The notes under the pieces were generated by a model that did no database searches, was not told where the DNA came from, and saw only the letters and a program-made list of their open reading frames with translations. The position numbers and the translations under genes were made by a program. Below are positions 1 to 13,700 of a stretch of 64,000 bases of DNA, in pieces. The stretch lies in NCBI GenBank assembly GCA_976551045.1, contig CDPCPM010000012.1, positions 19,840,001 to 19,904,000 of the forward strand, in the 5' to 3' direction. Numbering within the stretch: the stretch's first letter is position 1; the number at the start of each line of letters is the position of its first letter. The stretch is from Glaucostegus cemiculus. Taxonomy: Eukaryota.

Positions 1-679
1 TAGGAACACGTAAACTCCACACAGACAGCAGCCAAAGTCAGATGCGAAGCTGAGTTGCTGGAGCTGTGATGCAGCAGCTCTACCAGCTGTGTCACTGTGC
101 CATTCATGTGAACCAAAGACCAGAGAATTGAGAGACTTATTTTAATAATATTCCAGTCAAGCATCCTGGGGGCATTTTTGCCATGTTAAACACAAATTTG
201 CTCAGATCAAAAATGTACAAGATACAGTGCTTTTCTGCTTCACAAGATCAAGTTTGGGTGTGGAGAAGACATACTGTGGAAAGTATACATTTTACTTTGT
301 ACTCAGCATTTACCATCCTATATTTTCCACTTTTCTTCAACCCAAGATTAATCCCACTGCCACGCTCTTGCCATAGATCTACAGCCAATTTCTTGAAAAA
401 AATCAAGGCTCAACTGCTGCCTGGATACAGCTCTATTTCCTAACACATGAAGATTGCACACTGATTGTGCATATTCCTAGAATTGGGGTATTATAGCCCA
501 ACACTTTTCAACAGGAGTTGCTCAGAGCAGAGGCAGGAACCTCAGTGCTGGGTGCTGTAACCAATTATGTCCCCCCTGCAACAGGGCAGCACTGAACCTG
601 GTGCCCAGGATTCAGGACAAATTGGGTTACATACACATTCCTCAGTTTTGCCGGGCAAAGGACAGGCTTTGCCACAGGT

Positions 680-1030
680 CCAGTCGCCAAGGCAACCCCA
701 GCAGGGAGGCGGAGGCTGCCAGGGAGCTGAGCACTGCTGGACTGCTTCATTCACCGGGGGCTGCGGGCTCCAGCTCGGGGCGGCTCCCGCCGTTCCCCTG
801 CTCCCCGCCGGCCTTACCCCACCTCTGCAGCACCCCAACCTCTCTCATTCCCCCTGCACTCACCCGGGTCGCTCTCCAGCTCCAGCCAGCCTTTATTCAT
901 GTTCTCACCCCGCTCTCCATCACTCCCACAACCCAGGCCCAGCGCAGGAGCAGGCCGCACTACGTCATCGTGCCGCGACAGACGCACGCGCAGTAGCCTC
1001 GCCACTGCCCCTTTGGGCGCCACGTTTGTG
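680..1030 (-). promoter_or_regulatory. CpG island / BAP1 promoter and 5' UTR
   Basis: GC- and CpG-rich stretch around the BAP1 ATG; NRF1-like GCACGCGCA (~983-992) and CRE-like TACGTCA (961-967). Confidence 0.75.
864..900 (-). CDS. BAP1: BAP1 (BRCA1-associated protein 1, UCH deubiquitinase) coding exon 1; gene continues off the left edge
   Basis: Minus strand ATGAATAAAGGCTGGCTGGAGCTGGAGAGCGACCCGG|gtgagt = MNKGWLELESDP(G), the conserved BAP1 N-terminus; 37-nt phase-1 exon with a strong donor, inside a CpG-rich island. Confidence 0.95.
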
Positions 1031-3179
1031 TGGGGCAAGTTCAATGAATTTGTTTTTAACTTTGCCAACTTCCATTAATTTGGTAAGATAGTCGTGGTTG
1101 ACAACCAGATTAATAATAAAGCAGAAAGGATTGTTAAATCTGCGAGTTCTAGCATTACACTAGTATTCATTTGCTCTTTAGCTAAAAATTACATGAAATA
1201 TTGCAAATACTGTAAACTTGAAATAACTATATCCTGTATTGACAACAGGTCAAAGTTGGATTATAAAATATACAGTGTTGAGGATTTTTTCTGCCCAGTT
1301 CTCATCCCCTCCCTTCCCAATCTTGCTAACAGTTTTTGCTCTTGCTTGCTGTACACCCTGTGCTAGAGATGTTGTTGTATTGCTGGAAATGTCATCATTT
1401 TCAACAAATTTCAAAATGCTAGCCACTGCTTTTGGAAAGTGGCATGTTGAAGAAAAATGAATAGAAAATAAAGGTATAATGGATGGCAAAGATGTGAGCA
1501 TTATGTGGAGGACAATGAGACTGCAATATGGATCATAGAACATCTAACAGTACAGCACAGGAACAGGCTCTTCGGCCCACAATGTCATGCTGAACTAATT
1601 GAACTTGTAATTAAACGCCAAACTAAACTAATCCCTTCTGCCTATGCAATGTCAGTATCCTTCCATTCACTGCACATTCACGTGCCTATCTAAGAACCTC
1701 TTGAACACCTCTATCGTATTTGCATCTACTACCACCCCTGGCAGCACCCATCACTTTTTGTGTAATAAAGCCCATCAATGTCTCTCATTATCTTATAAAC
1801 TTTTATCAGGTCTCCCCTCACCCTCCACAGAAAATAACCCAAATTTGTCCAGCCTGCCCTTATAGCACATGCTCTCTAACTCAGGCAGCATCCTGGTAAA
1901 CCTCTCTGCACCCTCTCCATAGCCACATCATACTTTTAGCGAGGTGATGCCAGTAACATAGAGGCAGCTTAGATAGCAAAAAATCAAGGTAAGAAGCCAG
2001 CATCTACTAGGGAAGGAGAGAGCCACATGTACATGGTTATAGGAGCAAGAGCAAAGAGTACCGGCATGAATTCAGGTAGTGGAAGGAATGGGAGTACAAC
2101 TGTTGCTGCTTAATAGGGGCACACAAGAGGAGTTAAGCTGAAGATGAAGAAAACAAGGGGCACTAAAATCAATTCCAGAGAGAAGTCCTATTAAAGGGAG
2201 AGGTGTTGGTGAACTGCAGTCTCTCTACAAACTAGATCCAAAGAGAGTGGAGTAGTTGATGTGTGTGGGAGAGTAGCGGAAATGAGTGAGTGACAATTGG
2301 AGTACTTCTATGTGACAGTCTGCTGAAAATCCAAGTGTTTTGAGCAGCACAAAGCACTGAGGAACTCAGTGGGTCAGGCAGCACCAATGGAGAGAAGTGG
2401 ACAGTCGACGCTTCAGGTTGAGACCCTTCATCTGGACAATGGAGTCTCTTGTGTATCCAGGTATTTCATTTTGTTTTTGATTGTGTAAATGTAAATAGTT
2501 AAAATTAACAGAACTACTTCAGACAGATGTTATATAAATTTTAATTATTTTCAGAAGACCATGATCCCAGACCACAGATATCAGTTCTGTGTTCTCAATG
2601 TGTGGCTTTTCTTCCCTCAAATCGTACCATAACCCTGCAAAATTTTCCTAAGTTATGTCCAATTCTATTTTTAAAACACTATTTCCATTAGCCATCATCC
2701 TGTTTGGCATTATTTTTGATTATTTACTTCTTAGCTATGGAATATCATTGGTACATTGGTTTATTATTGTCACATATACCAAAGTACAGTGAAAAACTTT
2801 GTTTTGCTTATATGATGTTTCATAAATGAATGTAGCAAGTAAATATTCTGTTGGGCTGTCCAAAAAGCATTTTTTGATTGGAAGATGGAGGTATGATGGG
2901 TACAGAAGGGCTTGCATATTCTTACTCTCAATGCCCAAAAATTCCAAATCTGGTTCCAAATGAAAGTGTGGAAATGTTGTGTACGCTGACTGCTGGAGTT
3001 CCAGAGCACCTTGTTTACATACTTCAGCAGCACTCCTAGGTTGGCAGCACTTTCCCTTTTATGGCTTTAGTTACCTGGCACATACGTCTCATCCCAACCA
3101 ACTACCTGGGGTGTAAATTGGTAAAAAGCCATTAAAATTGCAAATTAATCAGAAAACCAGCACAACAGAACCTCAACTT

Positions 3180-4150
3180 GCCTCTTAGACCCAAGAAATC
3201 ATGGCTGATTTTTTTCAACCCCATTCTCCCACCTTATTCCCATACCCATAACCCCTTACCAATTAAGCACCTATCAATCTTTGCCTTAAATACACCCAAT
3301 GACGTGGCCTCCACAGCCCTCCTGTGGGAATGAATTCCCCAGATTCACCTCCCTCTGAAGAAATTCCTAATCTGTTTTAAAGGGACATCCCTTTATTCTG
3401 AGGCTGTGCCCTCAGATCACAGTTGCATAGTGGTTAGCACAACGCTTTACAGGGCCAGTGACCCGGGTTCAAATCTGGCCACTGTCTGTAAGAAGTTTGT
3501 ACATTCACCCCGTGTCTGTATGGGCTTCCTCCGGGTGCTCTGGTTTCCTCCCACATTCCAAAGACATACAGGTTAGGAAATTATGGGCATGCTACATTGG
3601 CGCTGAAAGTGTGCCAACACTTGTGGGCTGCCCCCCAAAATCACTACGCAAAAGATGTATTTCACTGTGTGTTTCGATGTACATGTGACTAATAAAGATA
3701 TTATCAATGGAAGCATCCTCTCCATGTCCACTCAATCCAGACCTTTCACTTTCTGGTAGGTTTCAATGAGATCTGCCCTCATCCTTCTGAGCAGGCCCAG
3801 AGATATCAAACACTCCTCATATGTTAAGCCTTTCATTCCTGGGACCATTCTTGTGAACCTCCTCTGGATCCTCCCCAAGGCCAGGACATCTTTCATTAGA
3901 TATGGGGCCCAAAGCTGCTCACAGTATTTCCAAATGTAGTCTGACCAATACCTTCTAAAGCCTCAGCAGTACATCATTATTTTTATATTCTAGTCTTCTC
4001 AAAATTAATGCTAACATTGCATTTGCCTTATTTACTACCGACTCAACCTGCAAGTTGACCTTAAGGGAATCCTGAACTAGGACTCCCAAGTCCCTTTGCA
4101 CTCTTGATTTCTGAAGTCTCTCCCCATTTAGAAAATAGTCTATACCTTTA
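3180..4150 (-). mobile_element. CR1 LINE 3' fragment interrupted by a SINE
   Basis: ORF 3955-4179 YFLNGERL..QRDLGVLV..KANAMLA..LEYK is typical CR1 ORF2 C-terminal sequence; the element continues to the left of the SINE. Confidence 0.8.
3418..3705 (+). mobile_element. tRNA-derived SINE
   Basis: A-box-like TAGTGGTTAG and B-box-like GGTTCAAATC head, then the GGTTTCCTCCCACATTCCAAAGAC body shared with other SINEs in the window. Confidence 0.75.
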
Positions 4151-4554
4151 TTCTTTCTTATATTCTCCCAAACCCACAAACATTCATTTTTCTTGAAGTA
4201 ATCTCTTTGAAATCAGTTCCAATAAAGGAAACTGACAATTAACCACACAGTGTCAATCTTAATAGCTAGGGATGAGCAATAACTGTTGGCCTTGCAGCTG
4301 CACCCATACCCCAAAAATGAATTTAAAACCTTACAGTCAGTTACATCTCAAGTGCATGCACCATTTTAAATGCAGCAGCTCATTTGCACACAGCAAAATC
4401 CCACAAAAACCAATGTTCACCAGCTCATCAGTTTTAGTGACGCTGATTGTTAGATAAACACAGAGACACTGTTTGTCAAATAATGCTTCAGAACCTTTTA
4501 CGTCAGCTGTGAGGGGCAGGCAGATTCTGAGTTTAGTTAACATCACATGCATAT

Positions 4555-4830
4555 AAAGTGAGATGGCGAAAAGCTCAAAGGAGATGTGTAAGGCAAGTTT
4601 TCTTTAACATTTTACACAAATTGGTGGGTGCCTGGAATGTGCTGCCAGGGGCAGTGGAGGAGGCAGATACAATAGGGGTAGTTAAGAGGCTGTTAGACAC
4701 ACAAATATGCAGGGAATGGAGAGATAGGGACCACATTCAGGCAAAAGAGATTAGGAGTTAATAGATCAATTAGTTCAGCACAACATAATGGGCCAAAGGG
4801 CCTGTTCCTGTGCTGTACTGTTCTATCTTG
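4555..4830 (+). mobile_element. CR1 LINE 3' end
   Basis: GAWNVLPGAVEEADTI..KRLLD peptide plus the GGGCCAAAGGGCCTGTTCCTGTGCTGTACTGTTCTAT tail. Confidence 0.7.
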
Positions 4831-6472
4831 TCTAAAAGGCAACACTCGAGTCTGCAAGGTCACAAGGTATCAACTTGTTGACTTGGATGAGGATAGACCA
4901 AAACCACACCCCAAACCAAAAGATAAATAATATACTGAATACAGGTTATCTTCAGGTCAACCCAAGTAAGCACATCATTACCGGTAAGTTACTTCCTGCC
5001 TTGGCCACCAATTTGCACAGAGGGGAACCTATAGGCACAATGGCCAGTTAACTTTTATGTTGTTATTACTGGGCAAGAAGGAATTTTGCCCAAAATACCA
5101 GGACAAGAGCATTGGCCCAACCTTCTTCAGGTAGTCACACAGACCTGACTTGATGCTCTTAGTCTATGACATAATTCATGAACTCATAACCTGCCAAAGT
5201 GTCACCACTGAGCCACAGATTACCTTTGTGGTTCTTCATTTCAGTGCTTCTGACAATAGCAATGCATATGATAATCACAGACATCTTGAAATTAGGAACA
5301 CTTCACAAAAATGCTGAAATTTATTACTAAAGATGCGATAAAAGGGCAATTAAACACGCTTGGGTAGAGTTTACTGTAGCAAAGTCTAAGGTTGAAGGAT
5401 GGCCACTTGGAACCAAAAGAGTAATTGAATTTTTTTTTTAACTGCCGAGGGCAGCAGACGCAATGGTCATTAAATATACTCAAGGTAAAGCATTGATACA
5501 TTTCTCCACCAAAGAAAAAAACAAAAGGTATCTGTCAGAAAAGGTAGAGGTAAACAACAGAATGGAATGTAGAGCACACTAGGAGGAACTAATTCTTTAA
5601 GCTCTTATTTTCGAACAGATGATCAGACACAAACCAAAAATAAAAACGCAGCTCTTCTATTGGAAGAAGTTAATACGTAAAAACATCAAACAGCATTTAA
5701 CAATATTAGCATTTCATTAAAGTGGATCAGATGCCCTTCACAAAACAGATTTTTTCTTCAAACAGGACCAAACTGCACAATCAAAAGAACCAGATTTCAG
5801 GAACATGTGCCATGTGATGCTAAGCTTGGGTTTAAAAAGTGTTCAGTTTAAAAGGAGGCCAAAAAAAGAAAATGAATCCAGATGAATGAGGCCAAGCAAA
5901 GCAAGTAGTTTGAAGTGTCTGGGCAAGATTGAGGTAGAGTAGGAGACATGACTACAGGCTGTTACTGGACAAGCTGGCTCCCTTCATGTTTAACTCCATT
6001 GCATTCCTCAATGCTGGTCTTATTTTATTATTCTACAAATACATTGAAAAAATATACAAAAAATCAACATTAACATTTTTGTACAGAAGTTTGAATATTA
6101 CCAAATGCTGCCTATAAATAAGGCACTGTATTTATTTTAAAAAAGATCACTGGACTGGCTACAAAGTTACCATCTCCTCACAGGTTCATACATTATTATC
6201 AATTAAATTAGTATTCATATCATTATTCAAATATTACAGAAACTATTCTTCAGCATCAATGGCTTTCTTTAAGTAGCTGGCATCTAATTAACATTGTATG
6301 TTCATTTACAATTGCATATCAAAGATTAGTTCAAAGGTTAATTATCAAGAGCTTGACTAAAGACAGGCAGCTCCCCCAACCTACTGAAAGGAAAGAATTG
6401 GTGGTGCTGAAAAGGTGATGGAGGCAGAAGGCCTCATTGTACTTGGAGCCATGACCTGCAGGGCTGGAAACT

Positions 6473-6632
6473 GGGATTCATTTGGATTGGTATTTTCATG
6501 GGATTCATATGGATTGGTGTTTTCATGGGATTCATATGGATTGGTGTTTTCATGGGATTCATATGGATTGGTGTTTTCATGGGATTCATATGGATTGGTG
6601 TTTTCATGGGATTCATATGGATTGGTGTTTTC
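6473..6632. repeat. 27-bp minisatellite, ~6 copies, in the probable AMT 3' UTR
   Basis: Unit GGATTCATATGGATTGGTGTTTTCATG repeated almost perfectly. Confidence 0.95.
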
Positions 6633-6832
6633 TCGTGGCACAGACAATGGACTAAATGGCTTCCTTCCTGGTTTTCAATTTTCTATAATTCTATCCAGGA
6701 GAATAGAGCAGGTCTGTTAGGGTGCGACAGTCAGAATTTGTAAACCAGAAGATATATTACATCAAACTATCACCTACTATCATATAAAAGTATGAACTTA
6801 ATCCTGGCCATCTCACACATTCGATGAAGGAG

Positions 6833-7011
6833 TCACTTCACAGTATAGTACTTAGTTGGTACAAAAGGCATCTTGGCAACAACTGCATCCACAATCTTCT
6901 TCCTAACTTCCACTTTTATTGGCGTGCCCAGCTTGCTGTACTCTGTGTCCACATATCCCATGGCAATGTTCTGCTTCAGACACGGGGAGGGGCAGCCACT
7001 CGTCACCTCCC
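6833..7011 (-). CDS. AMT: AMT exon 9 (last coding exon)
   Basis: ag|GG GAG GTG ACG.. = [21 protein letters not shown]...[13 protein letters not shown]; 179 nt, TGA at 6835-6833. Confidence 0.96.
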
Positions 7012-7784
7012 CTACACGTCAATGGAAAGCAGAGGCGAGGATTAGCGCAATTTCTATGACTTTCTTATTTATTCCTTTACAAATCATTCATTTTTAAGCA
7101 AATTATCCTTTAGTTCAGTAGATATCTTATGTATAAGGAATGTATGTCCAGATCTCCTGCAAACCAACACAATATAATGTTTAAAAGACATCCGTACATG
7201 GATAGAAAAGTCTTAGAGGGAAATGGGCTAAATGCAGGCAGATGGGACTAGCTTAGATAGGCACCTTGGTCAGCATGGATGGATTAGGCCAAAAGGCCTT
7301 TTTCTCCTGCTGTACGACAGCAACTCCCGACTGTCCCTGCACAACTGCAGGCTTTGAACTCTAACCCAGCAACATCCCCTATCCACACTCACTTATGTTC
7401 AGCCTTGAAAAGAGAAAAGCAGTCACATCCCTATCACTCACTGGAGGACCGAAAGACAGTCCTGTGCGAGGCAGATCAGGGGATTTTTTTATCTAATGAA
7501 GGGGAAAGAGGGGTCTGTTTTTATTTGCTCATCCAAAAGATGGCAGCTCTGCCAAAGCATCATTCTTTCAGTACCTATGGCAGCCCAGCATTCCTTCAGC
7601 ACTACATCAAAGTGTCAGCAAAGACTATGTGCTCAAGTCTCTGAGATGGAAGCTGAACTCAAAACCTGACCCACTCCACTGTGTACAACATGACAGCATC
7701 AGCCAGCAGCAAGCATCTGCATCAATGGAGGTGTCCGATTTCTCCTCATTACACATTGATGAGCTCGGAACATTCCCTGACAGA

Positions 7785-8255
7785 AAGTAGGAGGGTTGCC
7801 AGGACGAGGATCTGAGTTGTAGGGAGAAGTTGGGCAGACTAGGGCTTTATTCATTTGAGTGTAGGAGATGGAAGGGTGAACTTAGAGGTCTATAAAACAG
7901 TGAGAGGCATAGACAGGGAGAATGCACACAGTCTTTTTCCCAGGGAAGGGGAATCAAAAACCAGACTGCACAGGTTTAAGGTGAGATGGGAAATCGATTT
8001 AAAAGGGGCCTGAGGGGCAACTTCTTCATATAGAGGGTGGCACGTACAGTATATATAACATACCAGAGTAAGTGGTTGAGGCATGTACAATAACAACATT
8101 TAACAGATACTTGGACAGGTACATGGGTAGGTTAGGTTTAAGAGGGGGATATGGGCCAAATGCAGGCAAATGAGACTAACTTAGATGGGCATCTTGGTTA
8201 GCATGGACAAGCTGGGCCAAAGGGCCTGTTTCTGTGTTGTATTCCTCTTTGATTC
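7785..8255 (+). mobile_element. CR1 LINE 3' fragment
   Basis: Typical CR1 3' sequence (AGGGTGAACTTAGAGGTCTATAAAA ... GGGCCAAAGGGCCTGTTTCTGTG). Confidence 0.75.
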
Positions 8256-8470
8256 TGAATAATAGTTAATCACATGGCATCATTTGGCTCACAGTGGCCC
8301 TAAAAATATCCATGTTGTCCTAGATCCATATTCTTCACCCACAGACCTACCAAATCTTTCTCCTTCAAGTACTTAGCCAATTTCCCTTTGAAATTTAGTA
8401 ATGAATCCTTCATGGTGTGCAGTCCAGATTTGACACAATCAGCCCAGCACAATGCCCTTCTGGAACATAC

Positions 8471-8626
8471 CGATGACTTTTCCATCAAGGTTTAAAATAG
8501 GTGTGTGTTGCCTGACTGGGGGCCCAGCTGATGTCAAACCCACTCGTTTCTGCCTCGTTTTTTCTTTGATCTGCCTCAGGACAATCGCAGCTCCAGGGAA
8601 GTCGGCCGCTGCTCTCCGGCGTTTTC
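8471..8626 (-). CDS. AMT: AMT exon 8
   Basis: cag|GAAAACGC..GTCATCG|gtatgt; GKRRRAAADFPGAAIVLRQIKEKTRQKRVGLTSAGPPVRQHTPILNLDGKVI; 156 nt. Confidence 0.96.
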
Positions 8627-9419
8627 CTGTGGGAAGAAGTGCGGGGCCCTGGATCAAAGATAATGAGCGCTGGCTGGCAAAAGAAAAACATCTTTCCTAT
8701 TAACAGGAGCAGCACCAAACATATGGGGAATAGCAAGTCCCCTCTTAGCAAGTCTCCCCAACTGCTGGTGGGTGAAGTACAAACAGCACCCATGGGACTC
8801 AGCCATACAGAACAGGGAAGTGGGAGGCCACCTGAACAAGTAGGGGATTTGGGTGTTGCAGAGGATGGTTCATTGGCTGTCACTGGATTAGTAACATACA
8901 GAAACCCAGTCCCTGTGACAGTTGGAACGTTTGAATGCAGTTCAGAAATCTGGAAATAAACAGCTGGTATCAGTGAAAATAATTGTGTGGCTGCTGGAAT
9001 GTTACAAAAATTCAAATCATTTACAAATATACATTGGGGTGAAGAAACCTCCTACCCTTGAGAGTCACAAGAGACTGCATATGCTGGAATCTGAAGCAAC
9101 AAAATCTGCTGGAGGAACTTAGTGGGTTGAGCAGCATCTGTGGGGAAAAGTTTGAGTTCTGAAAAGTTGGTGTTGACCCAAAACATTGACAATTCCTTCC
9201 CCCCACCCATCCCACACAGATGCTGCTTGATCCAGAGTTCCTCCAGCAGTTTTAAAAGAAAAATTCTTTAGAGAAAACAATCCCACATTTTTGAAGTGGC
9301 CTTGCAAGTCACTGACCAATAATTGGTGGGCTTCCCAAGTTGACCACTGGGTGATCACTTGAAAGTGTGTAGGATGATCCATTAAATGATGTCACCTACA
9401 TGGTCAGCCATCGACTGGA

Positions 9420-10095
9420 GTTATCTTTGGAGAGGGTGCAGAAGAGGTTTACCAGGATGCTGCCTGGATAAGATAGCATATGCTACAAGGAGAGGCTGGA
9501 CAAACTGGGGCTGTTTTCTCTGGAGTGGCAGAGGCTGAGGGGAGACCTGATGAGGGTTTAAGATTTTTTAAAATTTTATTTACAGCGTGGTAACAGGCCC
9601 TTTTGGCCCTCCGAGTCCATGCTGCCCATTTTAAACCCCCAAATTAACCTACCCGTACGTCTTTCAGAATGTGGGAGGAAACCAGGGCACCCGGAGGAAA
9701 CCCACGCAGACACGGGAGGACGTACAAACTCCTTACAGACAGCGACAGGAATCGAACCCCGATTGCTGGCGCTGTAACAGCGTCGCGCTAACCGCTACGC
9801 TAGCCAGTATTTTTCCCCAGGGTTGAAACGTCTAATACTAGAGGGCATGCATTTAAGGTAAGAGGGGGCAATTTTTTTTTCTTTATACAGATGCCCAGAA
9901 TGGTGTTGCCAGGGGTGGTAGTGGAGGAAAATACAATAGAGATTTTGTAGGGACTCTCAGATAGGTACATGAATGTGCAGAGAATGGAGGGATATGGACA
10001 TCGTGTAGGCAGGAGTTAACTTAGTTAGGCATTTAATTAGTTCAGCACAACATCGTGGACCAAAGGGCCAGTTCCTGTGCTGTACTGTTCTATGC
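9420..10095 (+). mobile_element. CR1 LINE 3' fragment with a nested young SINE
   Basis: TTGGAGAGGGTGCAGAAGAGGTTTACCAGGATG start; CR1 sequence resumes after 9803. Confidence 0.75.
9562..9803 (-). mobile_element. Young tRNA-derived SINE
   Basis: CpG-intact head TAGCGTAGCGGTTAGCGCGACG..GGGGTTCGATTCC and AT-rich tail; nearly identical to 18452-18705. Confidence 0.9.
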
Positions 10096-11143
10096 CCTGA
10101 GCAGGACAGATGAGTGCTGTGGAGAATTTACCCACGTAGAAGTTTTTGGAAACTGAGGTTGTCCAGGGCAATTGCCTATGCAGGAAAAGACTCCAGTTGG
10201 ACTCACAAAGCCCCAAATCAGCAGAAAGCACCAAGCATGTTTAGGATGGGCAGTGAGTGACAATCAAAGGAAGAGACAACAGGCTGAGCAAATAAAGTCT
10301 ATACCGTCCAGCAGTTGGATGTGATGTAGACTAAGTTCACAAACACTTGCAGAATAGAGCATTTTAAGTTATCAGGACACTCAGACCATTCTGGAGCAAG
10401 AGGACCTGCTGATTAAAGTTCTATTAATATTAACAGAGGGGAAAAGCAGGACATTGTGGGAGGATTTTAAACAACAAAGCAAGAAAAACACTGACATTCA
10501 AACCAAAATAATAAGAATGGGATGGGAGTAAAAAAATATTAAAGGAAATACTAGTTCTGCCTAATTTTTGCAAGCAGGAAGAATGTGAGAATTCATGTCT
10601 TACATTAGGAGGCCATTCAACCCACTGACTCCATGCCAGCTCTTAATGCAATCCAATAATCCCATTCATTGCCCAGGAACCCACTCCCTCATGCATTCAT
10701 TGGTTCCTCCCAATTCTCCTGCCACTTACCTACACTAGGGATAATTTACAGTAGCCATTTAATCTAACAACCAGCTTGTCTTTGGGATGTGGGAGGAAAC
10801 AGGAGCACTGGGGGGAAACCTATGCAGTCATAGGAAAAACATGCAAACTCCATACAGACAGCAGAGGTCAGGGTCAAGGCTGGGTCCCTGTAACCATAAG
10901 ACAGCACCATCATGGCACTCCTTACATCATTCAATCTGCATCTTTCCATCAATGCTAGGAGGTTAACGGGACAAGATGAAGTTGTTATTGAAATTAGGGA
11001 GGGACTACTGGCTAAATTCTGGGCCAGAACAGGAACTAAATGAACCAGGTCAAATCAGCAAGCTTCAGAAGTGACTTCTGATCCCGCTTACAAAGCCAAG
11101 TCATTGCATCCTCTGTAGACACACGAGGGGTTAAGGGGAGTAC

Positions 11144-11324
11144 CTATGGTCCACAAAAGGCTTGCTTCCACTGGAGTGGTGGTCTCATCAATGTCGTTTC
11201 CGTAAAGACAAAGGCCAGCCTCCAGGCGCAAGCTGTCCCTTGCCCCAAGGCCAGCCAGTTTGACTTCATTGTTCTTCAACAGTGACTCTGCCAGCTCAAC
11301 AGTGTGTTCAATTGGTACTGAGAT
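11144..11324 (-). CDS. AMT: AMT exon 7
   Basis: tag|ATCTCAGTA..ACCATAG|gtactc; [60 protein letters not shown]; 181 nt. Confidence 0.97.
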
Positions 11325-12049
11325 CTAAAATTTCAAAAGTGGAAATATTACACATTAGTTTCCAGCAAAATGGGAAGCAATAGCCCATCATAACTCTGTA
11401 GTTCTTAGGTAGAACTCTCCAAACCCTGCTCCCTCTTCAGAAATGTGTCCCAATCCCAGTGCCTCACCCCCTCCCCATTGTTCTGTGCCAATCCTAAACC
11501 CAACCCTTCTGCCCCTCAAAGTGGCAATTTCAGCCAGTGTCCATGCTACTAAAAATAATCCTTCGGTCTGTAACCCTGTAAGTTGCAGAACTTCAAGTGC
11601 TCATCTTAAAAGCAAAACTATGACCACTTTGCACAATGGACTTTTGATTTTATTCTAATTGTGTTCTTTTTTGTAGAAAAAAGTGTATAATTTCAGAATC
11701 AGACTTATTATCACTGACTTGCTTGTGAAATTTGTTGTTGAGGCAGCAATAAGTGCAAAGAGAAAATTACTATAAATAACAAAAATAGTGCAATAAAAAT
11801 GAGGTAATTTATATTTATTTATCTTGTGAATGTTGTGCATCTGATGCTATGTGCCTGTGATGCTGCTACAAGCAAGTTTCTCATTGCAGCTGTGCACATA
11901 TGTGACAATAAACTTGACTTTGACTAAAGTACAAGGGTTTTGGCATCCACTATAGCCTTTGTTCCACTGCAAACAATAGCAATGTATCCAATTCTTTTAT
12001 CAATGCTCCAGCCCTGGCAACATCCTTGTAAATATGCACCTATTCTGAT

Positions 12050-12700
12050 ATAACTGCAGTCCCAATCCCACATGCACCATTTTGCTCACTCCTTATTGCT
12101 CTGTATAATCTCAAACCCAATCCCATTTCCTTACTCTCTCAATACATATGCAGCAATCCCAATGGTCTGCTCTCAGCTATTGCCCTGCATTAATAACAAA
12201 CCCAATTTCCAACATTCTTCTTGCAGTCTCACATCGATCCCACATATCTGCTCTTTTCCTTGGGCCAGTCTCAATCTCAATCCCTCTGTTTGACTTCTAA
12301 CCCATACTCCTGTATTAATCTCAAACCAAACCCACTCCCTTATTCTCCCATCAGCCACTGCTCCCCCACAACCTTAACCTTGCACCCAACCTCACGGCCT
12401 CATTCTCTCCCCACTGATCTGTATCAATCCTGTACCCAAATGGCTCTTGCCCTTAATCTCACTTCAATTCCAACCCTCTTTCTGCCCACAGCCCTGAATC
12501 AATTCAATTCCACACCCAGTACTTTCTGCCCAGAGAGCTCTATATTTGTCTCAAACCTAAACGACTGGCTTCTGTGCCCATAGCACTGCCTCATTCCCAA
12601 ATCTGCTGTCCCAGTCTCCGCAGCCTGTATCAATGCAATCCCACTGCTTCACTCCCTGCCTACAGGCCCAGGTCAATTCCATATCAACTGCTTGCACTTT
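12050..12700. repeat. Degenerate C/A-rich low-complexity tract
   Basis: Recurrent AATCCC / CAAACCC / CCCACT motifs with no clean period. Confidence 0.4.
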
Positions 12701-13351
12701 CCACAGCCTTGTCTCATCTGAATGAGAATAGTAATGATGGATACAGAGAGGATCCAAGGGGATCGTGACAAGCTAAATGATAAGGCAACGATATGGCAAA
12801 TGGAGTACAATATGAAAAAATGTGAGATTTTCCACAAGTAGAAAACTGGAAATGCTGAATATTTTTACAATGGCATGAAACCTGGTTGTCATATAGTATG
12901 GAAACAGGCCCTTTAGCCCAACTCATCCATGCTAAGGTGCCTATCTAAGCTAGTTCCATTTGCCTGCATTTGATTAATAATTGCTCTGAACTTGTCCCAT
13001 CCACGTACCTGTCCAAATGTCTTTTAAATGTTATTGTATCTGGCAGCTCTTTCCATATATGTACCACTTTCTGGGTGAAAAAGTTACTGCTTGCATTTGT
13101 ATCAAATCTTTCCCCTCTCACCTTAAATCTATGCAACAGGAAGTTTCCCCCCCAGCTAAGGTGTCTCGAGCCAGCAGGCCCGTCAGGATGAAAATCTTAA
13201 TGTAGGCCTGCCCAGGAAAGAGAACTTTGTATTTCTTTATCCTGGACAGGTGCAGAAGCTCAGTCATTGATTGCATTCAAAACGCTGATCAACACTTGCT
13301 AGATCTTAGAGGAATCAAGGGGTAAAGGGATCGAAGTTTCAGCATTGATTT

Positions 13352-13700
13352 ATGGTTGGCACAGTGGAGCAGCTAGGAGAGACACTGCCTCACAATGCTA
13401 GAGACCCGGGTTCAGTCCTGACCTCTGGTGAGGTCTGTGTGGAGTCTGCATGTTCTCCTTGTTGCTTGTGTGCATTTCCTCTGCACGCTCTGGTTTCCTC
13501 CCACATTCCAAAGATGTGCGGATTCTTTGGTCGCTGTAAGTTGCCCTGAGAGTGCAGGCGAATGGTAGAATCCAGGGGGACTCATTAAGAATGTGGGGTG
13601 AAATTAATAAGTGGGATTGATGTAGAATTAGTGTAAATGGGCGTTTGATGGTCAAACTCGGTGGGCGAACGGGCCTGTTTCTGTGCTGCATCCCTCTCTG
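13352..13700 (+). mobile_element. tRNA-derived SINE with CR1-like tail
   Basis: GGCACAGTGGAGCAGC..GACCCGGGTTCAGTCC head, GGTTTCCTCCCACATTCC body, GGGCCTGTTTCTGTGCTG tail. Confidence 0.7.

Noticed and set aside
1013-1022. Minus-strand TGGCGCCCAA resembling a tRNA-Lys PBS
   Set aside because: No adjacent LTR or gag; it sits in the BAP1 promoter and the match is short.
542-1091. Several 60-174 aa ORFs on both strands
   Set aside because: By-products of the GC-rich BAP1 CpG island; only the 37-nt MNKGWLELESDPG exon has recognisable homology and a splice site.
6381-6743. Repetitive ORFs (ENTNPYESH)n, (FSWDSYGLV)n, (MGFIWIGVF)n
   Set aside because: A 27-bp minisatellite stays open in several frames by chance; no gene context.
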